56,835 bases of DNA from a virus. Taxonomy: Duplodnaviria; Caudoviricetes. The notes beneath the pieces were generated by a model. That model saw only the letters and a list, made by a program, of their open reading frames with translations, was not told the DNA's origin and did no database searches. Positions within the stretch are counted from its first letter, which is position 1, and each line of letters begins with the position of its first letter. The stretch is from the IMG/VR virus record IMGVR_UViG_3300038825_001331, positions 1 through 56,835 of that record, one strand, 5' to 3'. Below, in pieces: positions 1 to 6,461 of the stretch. The translations under genes were made by a program, and so were the position numbers.

Positions 1-17
1 CCATATCGGAGACTATC

Positions 18-314
18 ATGCGACGAACACCCGACGACCTGCTTTTCTACTTCCTAATCGGCCACCCAGGGTGTGGCTATGTTGACTGGGCTGAGACCCT
101 TTCCCGAAACGATACACGCGAGGATTCCCCTTGCTCCAATGCCGTTTCTCGCTGGTTTGAATGCCACTCTAAGCTACCCTTTGGTGAGGCATGCGAGTTT
201 CACACCTACCTCTGTCACTATGCCTACCAAAGTGAGACCCATCGAGGCATGGTGCTTGACGCCTTAGACTTCTATGATATACCCTTGACCATACACCCAA
301 ACCCTACCCCCTAA
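18..314 (+). CDS. Hypothetical early protein
   Basis: 98-aa ORF with GGAG SD; follows the conserved intergenic repeat across the circular junction. Confidence 0.75.
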   Translation: MRRTPDDLLFYFLIGHPGCGYVDWAETLSRNDTREDSPCSNAVSRWFECHSKLPFGEACEFHTYLCHYAYQSETHRGMVLDALDFYDIPLTIHPNPTP

Positions 315-328
315 CCGAGGTTCCCCCT

Positions 329-730
329 ATGTCCAACATCTATAACTATTCCCGCGTCTACCGTGACACCTATGGACTACCCGCTTTCGCTGGTGACCAC
401 TATGGTGAAGTGACCCTGCAGGTAGCTGTCGTCTACGCTCCCGGCCACGGTGCCGAGTGGTCGGCGCGTGAAGAGGGTGACCTTGCCCAGCTACTCATGT
501 TTCACCCCGACATTGTGAAGTATGTACAAAATACACCCGTTCAGCAGCGCACCGAGAGTGACATTAAGGCAGTGCTGGACCGCATTGGTGTCACCGACTA
601 CGTGTATTGTGGTGCCGTTGACGACCTCCGCATCAAGTGGATAGACGAGGGCACCCGCTTCCGTATCCGCTATCACGATGGCAACGAATGGATAGAGGTC
701 CTCGACCCGTCCGACTTCATTACTGCATAA
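329..730 (+). CDS. Conserved phage hypothetical protein, paralog of 1268..1663
   Basis: GAGG SD; VAVVYAPGHGAEWS...LMFHPDIV...LRIKWIDEGTRFRI..DG.EW motif pattern. Confidence 0.8.
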   Translation: MSNIYNYSRVYRDTYGLPAFAGDHYGEVTLQVAVVYAPGHGAEWSAREEGDLAQLLMFHPDIVKYVQNTPVQQRTESDIKAVLDRIGVTDYVYCGAVDDLRIKWIDEGTRFRIRYHDGNEWIEVLDPSDFITA

Positions 731-765
731 CCCCCTTACAACCTACTCTATTGGAGACTATCATG
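725..765 (+). repeat. Stop-to-start intergenic repeat GCATAACCCCCTTACAACCTACTCTATTGGAGACTATCATG
   Basis: Near-identical copies at 56191-56233 and 56810-56835+6-20. Confidence 0.9.
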
Positions 766-1113
766 CCCACCACTACCGACATCCCAAGCAAAAACCTCAC
801 CCTTGGCGTAGGGTTAGCCACTGCCGATGGTGACCACTTCCCTGTCCGCACTCAACGAATAGCCAAGGCCCGTCTGTTGGCCATGCTCGACAAGCTAAAC
901 GCACCCGACGTTATTCTGGAGGGTGAGGGTAAGTACACCAACGTCGCAGGCGATACCTTTACCGAGCCATGCCTGTCCTTGGTGTGGTATGGTCGAGGTA
1001 ATGACCGGTTCTTCGTCAAAGAGGTACAGCGCAAGGCTACCCAGTGGTGCCGACTCTTTGAACAAGAAGCCTTCGCACTGACCATCGGTGCAGCCACCAT
1101 TCACACGCTATAG
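763..1113 (+). CDS. Putative SAM lyase / DUF3574-like PII-fold protein
   Basis: ATG 763 follows the repeat SD. The pattern GEGKY...E...WCRLFEQEAFAL resembles T3 SAMase (GCY...EE...CNEWEQDCVL, recalled from memory). Confidence 0.45.
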   Translation: MPTTTDIPSKNLTLGVGLATADGDHFPVRTQRIAKARLLAMLDKLNAPDVILEGEGKYTNVAGDTFTEPCLSLVWYGRGNDRFFVKEVQRKATQWCRLFEQEAFALTIGAATIHTL

Positions 1114-1226
1114 GAGGATACCATGCGACCGTGAACCTTGGACCTAACCGGGACTGGTCCCCCGCCGCAACCCTTAACCGCCCCCAGGTAGGGGGCTCAC
1201 CTGAGTACATGGTAGCCCGTGTCCTC
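1114..1226 (+). other. Structured intergenic RNA element containing an SD and the minigene MRP*
   Basis: TACCATG/CATGGTA and GAGGATA/TGTCCTC closing stems; internal GCCCCC-AGGTA-GGGGGC hairpin. Confidence 0.5.
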
Positions 1227-1267
1227 TGCTGTATTCCCTACCTTCTACCCCAACTACTGGAGACACT

Positions 1268-1663
1268 ATGTGTAAACAGCCTTTGAAAGTATACAAACAA
1301 TACCGTAACCTGGTTTATGACGGCGCCATTCCCATCGAGGTAGCATGCGTGCTTGCCTCCCGCTCTTCCAACCATAATTTTTGGAACTATCAATCAGACT
1401 CCGACTTGGTGAACCAGGCACTACTATTCCACTGCAAAATAGTTAACTACATTGAGCACACCCCACCCGAGTTACGAGATGAGGAGGAGTTTCGCCAGTT
1501 ACTTTTCAGCATTGGAATCGAAGACGACATCTGCCTTGATGCGCTTCGCTACTTGCGTATTGAATGGGTGCGGGAGGGTACCAAGGTTAGGGTACGCATT
1601 GACTTTAAACGGGGCGGAGAGTGGTTAGAAACCCTTGGCCCCCTCGACTTTACAACCGCTTAG
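1268..1663 (+). CDS. Hypothetical protein, paralog of 329..730
   Basis: GGAG SD; shares LLFH..IV.Y and LRI.W..EGT..R.R and EW.E.L.P.DF.TA with 329..730. Confidence 0.8.
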   Translation: MCKQPLKVYKQYRNLVYDGAIPIEVACVLASRSSNHNFWNYQSDSDLVNQALLFHCKIVNYIEHTPPELRDEEEFRQLLFSIGIEDDICLDALRYLRIEWVREGTKVRVRIDFKRGGEWLETLGPLDFTTA

Positions 1664-1675
1664 ACTGGAGACACC

Positions 1676-1927
1676 ATGGCTTCCAAGAACCTCGACCACT
1701 ACAACGATACCATCCGACCCGGTGATACAGTCACCATCATTGGACCCTGCCTTAACACCGGTCACCAGTACGGCACCCCCGAGGGTTTACTGGTGGATGC
1801 TGGTCGCGTCCGGTGGGCAGACTACTACCGTGACCGCGCCCGTGTCACCCTTAACCTCTCACCCAATAGTGAGCGGGGCTTCTACATTGAGCGGGACTAC
1901 CGCATATCTGACTTAGTAAGAAGGTAA
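1676..1927 (+). CDS. Hypothetical protein
   Basis: 83 aa, GGAG SD (CTGGAGACACCATG). Confidence 0.75.
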   Translation: MASKNLDHYNDTIRPGDTVTIIGPCLNTGHQYGTPEGLLVDAGRVRWADYYRDRARVTLNLSPNSERGFYIERDYRISDLVRR

Positions 1928-1958
1928 CCTAACCCCAACCCTACAACATGGAGATACC

Positions 1959-2024
1959 ATGACCTACCACTACAGTAACACCGTTCCACACAACAAGTCC
2001 CGATACTGGGGGAGACGACGATGA
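1959..2024 (+). CDS. Micro-ORF (21 aa, MTYHYSNTVPHNKSRYWGRRR)
   Basis: GGAG SD; ATGA overlap with the next ORF. Confidence 0.5.
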   Translation: MTYHYSNTVPHNKSRYWGRRR

Positions 2025-2131
2025 CGACGATGATGATCCTTACCCTTAACGCAGTCGCTGCATTCTGTTTAGCTGCCGCCCTTTCCCTTACCATAACCGC
2101 CTTCATTGATGGGGATGACCATGATAAGTAA
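2021..2131 (+). CDS. Small membrane peptide (36 aa)
   Basis: GGAG SD; hydrophobic ILTLNAVAAFCLAAALSLTITAFI followed by an acidic tail. Confidence 0.55.
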   Translation: MTTMMILTLNAVAAFCLAAALSLTITAFIDGDDHDK

Positions 2132-2240
2132 CCTCAAGTGGGAGCTATTCCCCTTCATTATATTTGCTACCATTATCATAGTCAGTTATGTGGTAGTGGA
2201 AGTGATCGACCCCTACAACGACTCCCTACAAGTGAGGTAA
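2121..2240 (+). CDS. Small membrane peptide (39 aa)
   Basis: MISNLKWELFPFIIFATIIIVSYVVVEVIDP...; overlaps the previous stop and ends 2 nt before the next start. Confidence 0.55.
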   Translation: MISNLKWELFPFIIFATIIIVSYVVVEVIDPYNDSLQVR

Positions 2241-2242
2241 CC

Positions 2243-2635
2243 ATGCTTGGATACAACGTGCCCGATGGCTGGGCGAGCTACAGCCACGACTGCGATGCTT
2301 GTGGTGGCCGGTACCACCTGAGTGAAGGCCACTGCGATTGCGACTCGCCGGACAATAGACCTGAGTGTGACCGCATGTACAAGGCAGGCTACGAGTACGA
2401 AGGCGAAGGCCGATGGGAGAAGCGGGTCAGCCGCACGGTACACACGGCACGCCGGGACCACAAGGATGGTACTGTCAAAGCGGGTGAGCGGTACGCCAGG
2501 TACACCTACCGCATTATCGACTTCGATGATGACGGTGGCCGAGGTTACTCCCATCACCGGCACTTCAAGCGGCGCCTTGCACTGGTTTCCGAAGGCCTAC
2601 CCGATGCACGATGGCTGGAGGTGTACAGTGATTGA
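2243..2635 (+). CDS. Hypothetical Cys/His-rich, probably Zn-binding protein
   Basis: GAGG SD before ATG 2243; CDAC...HCDC. Confidence 0.7.
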   Translation: MLGYNVPDGWASYSHDCDACGGRYHLSEGHCDCDSPDNRPECDRMYKAGYEYEGEGRWEKRVSRTVHTARRDHKDGTVKAGERYARYTYRIIDFDDDGGRGYSHHRHFKRRLALVSEGLPDARWLEVYSD

Positions 2636-2984
2636 GCTAACCGAACTACAGGGCTCCCTTCGTACAGCCTACTCACTGACTGAACCCTCCAGCCCATCGG
2701 GTATCGTGTCCACCGCACAGTACATAGTAGAGCAGGTGGTAAACAGGGTACCCAGTGGGTGGGAGGTACCCCCTTCCAGCACCGCACACCTGGGTGTTGG
2801 TTTCCGGGGTGCCGTGCGCCAGTCGGCTGGCCGGGTACTAATCACTTGCAACTGCGCCATCTACGGGATACATTCCCTTGCCACCCAAAAACGGAGGGAT
2901 GCGTTCCTCGACCGGCTACGCACTGACCTTGAATCCCTACACGACAACATCGACAAATATCAGGAGGCCCTCCATGGCTACTAA
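2628..2984 (+). CDS. Hypothetical protein
   Basis: GTG start with GGAGG SD, overlapping the end of the previous gene. Confidence 0.6.
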   Translation: MIELTELQGSLRTAYSLTEPSSPSGIVSTAQYIVEQVVNRVPSGWEVPPSSTAHLGVGFRGAVRQSAGRVLITCNCAIYGIHSLATQKRRDAFLDRLRTDLESLHDNIDKYQEALHGY

Positions 2985-2991
2985 CATTCTT

Positions 2992-3218
2992 GGGGTAGAT
3001 ACCCGCCCCTTTGTCGATACGGAGGCAACCTATTAAACGAGACGCGCCCGTTCGCTACGGGATAGTCGGGGTGGCGAGGCGCCCGACGACATGAAGTGGA
3101 GTAGCCCTCCATAAAACATAGCCCCGGACCTCGGAGAGGTCGGTGTGGTGGCACCGTAAGCGGTTATCCCTGGACGATTCGTCGGAAGAAGGGGACCCGC
3201 ACCACCGTCCTTTACCCC
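2992..3218 (+). ncRNA. Putative structured RNA (~230 nt)
   Basis: Nested hairpins: CCCGT/ACGGG, GTCGGG/CCCGAC, TGGAG/CTCCA, GACCTC/GAGGTC, GTGGTG/CACCAC, outer GGGGTA/TACCCC; no convincing long ORF. Confidence 0.5.
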
Positions 3219-3244
3219 TTTACTCACTTAGCCTGGAGGCTACC

Positions 3245-3454
3245 ATGACCCGTGTCCACCTACCCAACACCCGCAGTGGCGTAGTATGCTACGTCGGAAC
3301 CCACCGTAACCCCGCTGGCCTATGGCTGGACGGGTTCCATGTGTTTACCTTGGAACCTACTAAGGTTGCGGGTAAGTTCTCAAGCAATAGACTCAACTGG
3401 GTGGGGGTATACGCCAACGCCAAGACCGCAGCCGCCAACGCACGGGGGCTGTGA
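3245..3454 (+). CDS. Hypothetical protein
   Basis: GGAGG SD before ATG 3245. Confidence 0.7.
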   Translation: MTRVHLPNTRSGVVCYVGTHRNPAGLWLDGFHVFTLEPTKVAGKFSSNRLNWVGVYANAKTAAANARGL

Positions 3455-3675
3455 TGAGTACCATATCCAACAAGGTGATATTCGATATGCCCAAACGATT
3501 CAAGAAAGTTGAGAAAGCAGCGCGAGCAAAGCTGGTTGAGGACGAGCCAAGTCCTGAGCAGCGGCGCAACTGGTTGGCAGTCCACGCCCACAACCGTAAA
3601 GGTGGGGCGTTCAAAGACCGTAAGAAAGAAGACAACAAACAAGCCTGCCGCAAGCGGGTAGAGGAGGGTGAGTGA
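3454..3675 (+). CDS. Small basic hypothetical protein
   Basis: TGATG coupling on both sides; K/R-rich. Confidence 0.7.
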   Translation: MSTISNKVIFDMPKRFKKVEKAARAKLVEDEPSPEQRRNWLAVHAHNRKGGAFKDRKKEDNKQACRKRVEEGE

Positions 3676-4061
3676 TGAGAGTCGAAGTCTATTGGAACCT
3701 ACACAAAAACTGCTGGAGTATCCGGCACGCACACGGCAAGCTCATTGCCGACCGGCCTCACCGCCACTACGTGGAGTTGGCGAAGGTGGACTGGGTAGTC
3801 CAGAAGGGCGGTCGTGAGCGGGTACTCCGAGAAGGGAAGAAGAATGTACACGCCTTTGCACGGGGTGTCTTGATGGGACTCAATGACATAGACTGCAACT
3901 ACTGGAGATACAACGAAACGAAACAAGTAACGTACAACCCGTATAAGTTAGACCACTTTGTAGACCGAAAGACTGAAGAACCTGTGCGAAAGTCTGCGCT
4001 GGTTGTCATGGCTTGCGAAACTGTAGAAGGAACAAAGCGCCCGCGAACCTGGGCTTTATGA
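3675..4061 (+). CDS. Conserved phage hypothetical protein (VYWNLHK...KNVHAF...VTYNPYK family)
   Basis: Motif string I recognise from widespread phage proteins; GGAGG SD. Confidence 0.8.
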   Translation: MRVEVYWNLHKNCWSIRHAHGKLIADRPHRHYVELAKVDWVVQKGGRERVLREGKKNVHAFARGVLMGLNDIDCNYWRYNETKQVTYNPYKLDHFVDRKTEEPVRKSALVVMACETVEGTKRPRTWAL

Positions 4062-4072
4062 GGAGGTGAGTG

Positions 4073-4561
4073 ATGAATATTTTTGTACTTGACCGCAACC
4101 CGCAGACCGCAGCGCAAATGCAGTGCGACCGACACGTAGTCAAGATGGTTCTGGAGTCAGCCCAGATGCTATCCACCGCAGTCAACCTGTTAGGTGGCGA
4201 GTCCCCCTACAAGTCAAACCACATCAACCACCCGTGCTCCATCTGGGTACGCGAGACACTGGGTAACTTCATCTGGTTATATGACCACGGCATGGCGCTC
4301 GCCAAAGAGTACACCCATCGGTACGGGAAGGTTCACAAGTCGCAAGCCGTTATCCAGCAGTGCATGGACGAGGTTCGCCCGCTGCCTCTGTACAATCTTA
4401 AACGTACACCGCACCCCCTGTGTATGCCAGACCAGTACAAGTGCGATGACCCAGTTCAATCCTACCGAGCCTTCTACCTTGGTGACAAGTCAAGGTTTGC
4501 ACAGTGGAACAAAACACGTACCGCCCCCGACTGGTGGGCAAAAGGAGCCAGCCATGTCTGA
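4073..4561 (+). CDS. denV: Pyrimidine-dimer DNA glycosylase / endonuclease V-like protein
   Basis: MNIFVLD...CDRHVVKMVLESAQML...NHPCSIWVR...EYTHRYGKVH...YRAFY signature. Confidence 0.8.
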   Translation: MNIFVLDRNPQTAAQMQCDRHVVKMVLESAQMLSTAVNLLGGESPYKSNHINHPCSIWVRETLGNFIWLYDHGMALAKEYTHRYGKVHKSQAVIQQCMDEVRPLPLYNLKRTPHPLCMPDQYKCDDPVQSYRAFYLGDKSRFAQWNKTRTAPDWWAKGASHV

Positions 4562-4793
4562 GCACATCGACCTCAACACGGACCTGACCAAGCTGAGTAT
4601 AGACACCGTGGTGTACACACCCGTCCGATTATACAATGCCTTCGCTGTAGATGACACCATCCACGCTTTACTTGAGGTAGAGGAGGGTCGCCTGTCATTG
4701 AGCCCACAAGCAAAGGACTTGCTGCTACCCAAGCGGGACTGGAAGCAGTTGATAGAGGCAGTTAACAGGGATGGGTTGGGCATCGAGGCGTGA
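4554..4793 (+). CDS. Hypothetical protein
   Basis: AAGGAG SD before ATG 4554. Confidence 0.7.
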   Translation: MSEHIDLNTDLTKLSIDTVVYTPVRLYNAFAVDDTIHALLEVEEGRLSLSPQAKDLLLPKRDWKQLIEAVNRDGLGIEA

Positions 4794-4932
4794 CACCTCG
4801 ATAAATGTGCTCAGTTCGTCACCATCTTTTCAAACCTATACAGGAACAATACCTTTACCGCACTAACAGTACCCCATAAGGGCTTTTACTTTGAGTGGTG
4901 ACGTTCCTTTCACTTCCCTACATGGAGTCACA

Positions 4933-5436
4933 ATGCCAAATGATGAAGGAGTTTTCTGGGGCGACAGTTGGTGGCCCTCTCTGCGTGATGCACTCGACGG
5001 TCCAGAGCCAGTGAGGTGGTGGCTGTTTGGTACCTACGATGCTGGCCGCCAGTGGAGAAGGCGGCAGAAGCTGAAGACAGGGGTGGCACCCGACAACCTG
5101 GAGGTGCTGGAGTACCTGTACAATAAACACCGCCCCCGTTACGCACGGTGCATACCTGACCTTAGTTGGTACATCAACCCTGACAACCTACCAGACTACC
5201 ACAAATACAGGGACAATCACATAAACACCTCGACAGCTTTGGAACATTATGGTATAAGCAAGGCTGCCTTCAGACGTAGGCGAAAGGATGGGTGGTCGGA
5301 TGCCCTCATCCTGCTGGTACCTGACCAAGGTGATATAGCTGGTGACCGTCGCGCACTCGCCGAGTATGCACACACCCTACTCACCTCCAAGTACAAGCGA
5401 TTCGCTACGCACCCTTTGTCCTTGGATGACGTATGA
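4933..5436 (+). CDS. Hypothetical protein with HTH-like DNA-binding motif
   Basis: GGAG SD; STALEHYGISKAAFRRRRKDGWS resembles the N-terminus of 52698..53585. Confidence 0.6.
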   Translation: MPNDEGVFWGDSWWPSLRDALDGPEPVRWWLFGTYDAGRQWRRRQKLKTGVAPDNLEVLEYLYNKHRPRYARCIPDLSWYINPDNLPDYHKYRDNHINTSTALEHYGISKAAFRRRRKDGWSDALILLVPDQGDIAGDRRALAEYAHTLLTSKYKRFATHPLSLDDV

Positions 5437-5726
5437 ACACACCGATTACCCCTAACCTTAACACCCTCGACATTACATTTGCGAGGATGGAGGACGATGA
5501 GATGGATGCCCTATTTGAACAGGCAGTGTACGACGCTGCCGTTGCCTTAGAAGAGGAGCCAGAATACTACGATGATGACCCGACTGATCAAACTACTTCA
5601 GACATGGTTGAGTTTGTTCCCTCGTTCGACCCGGACTACCAGGACGAAGAGGATAGAAACCTTGGACCAGAAGAATGCCGATACGGAACCGCCTTCCACT
5701 CAATCTGGAGGGGAACCAATGGGTGA
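5433..5726 (+). CDS. Highly acidic protein, DNA-mimic candidate
   Basis: 97 aa with about 26 D/E, 4 R and no K by manual count. Confidence 0.65.
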   Translation: MNTPITPNLNTLDITFARMEDDEMDALFEQAVYDAAVALEEEPEYYDDDPTDQTTSDMVEFVPSFDPDYQDEEDRNLGPEECRYGTAFHSIWRGTNG

Positions 5727-6381
5727 TGGAATAGAGATGTACTATAGACAAGAGGTCAGATGCCGCCGCACAGTGGAGGAGCAGCGACTCATTGATGCCC
5801 TGCACTCCAAGGACTGGCTACCCTCTCGTGGTCAGGTGCTACTGGTGTCCATCCGGGGCTCCTCCCCGCTGGGTACCAATAGCTTCGACGACCGGGCAGG
5901 CACGGTTTACCGCGATCACCAGGGTGAGCTACACGTCAAGTTGTATGACGCAACCAACGACCCTGGAGACTACTGGCTAAACAATCCCCCGAAGCCGGAG
6001 GGCACCGCCGTCCCCTGCGCTGGCTACTATACCGGAGCAATGGTGCTTGGTAACCACAAAGGCAAGCCGGGACTACTCAACAGAGGTCTAACCCCTGTGA
6101 CCTTCAATCGCTATCTGTCCGATGGCAATGGTGGATGGAAGGTAAACAAAGAAAACGTATCTAAGTACGTTGGTCTCAACATCCACCGTGCAGGCACTGC
6201 CTCCACCCAGGTAGACCGATGGTCGGCTGGCTGCACTGTGTTCGCTCGATCAGCAGACATGGACGAGGTTCTTAAAACCTGTAAGAAAGGCCTCGACTTT
6301 TGCGATGGCGGTACCCTTTACTTTAGTTACGCAATACTTGAGGACATAGAGGTCCACGGTACATACGGATACGTTTCCTGA
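5719..6381 (+). CDS. Putative lysin with L,D-transpeptidase-like fold
   Basis: GGAGG SD; NSFDD, T.DPG.YW and GLNIHRAG...WSAGC (His/Cys dyad spacing of YkuD-like enzymes). Confidence 0.65.
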   Translation: MGDGIEMYYRQEVRCRRTVEEQRLIDALHSKDWLPSRGQVLLVSIRGSSPLGTNSFDDRAGTVYRDHQGELHVKLYDATNDPGDYWLNNPPKPEGTAVPCAGYYTGAMVLGNHKGKPGLLNRGLTPVTFNRYLSDGNGGWKVNKENVSKYVGLNIHRAGTASTQVDRWSAGCTVFARSADMDEVLKTCKKGLDFCDGGTLYFSYAILEDIEVHGTYGYVS

Positions 6382-6406
6382 CGCCGTTACATTTCATGAC
6401 AACCCT

Positions 6407-6439
6407 TACCGGGGCTGCCGTAGTATGGTAGCCTCGGTA
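6407..6439 (+). other. 14-bp RNA hairpin with G-U pairs, no U-tract
   Basis: TACCGGGGCTGCCG-TAGTA-TGGTAGCCTCGGTA between the lysin and primase genes. Confidence 0.55.
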
Positions 6440-6461
6440 TCCCCTACCCCCAGAGGAAAAC

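Noticed and set aside
637-762. Upstream starts given by the ORF track (637, 2138, 2322, 3143, 4194, 5572, 56090)
   Set aside because: They overlap upstream genes or structured RNA; downstream starts with clear SD sequences were used instead.
725-765. Integron attC sites or DGR repeats
   Set aside because: No GTTRRRY inverted cores or palindromic structure, and no integrase or reverse transcriptase recognised.
2992-3218. tRNA, tmRNA or hammerhead ribozyme
   Set aside because: No TTCRA T-loop with acceptor stem and no CTGATGA...GAAA core; no tRNA was recognised anywhere in the window.
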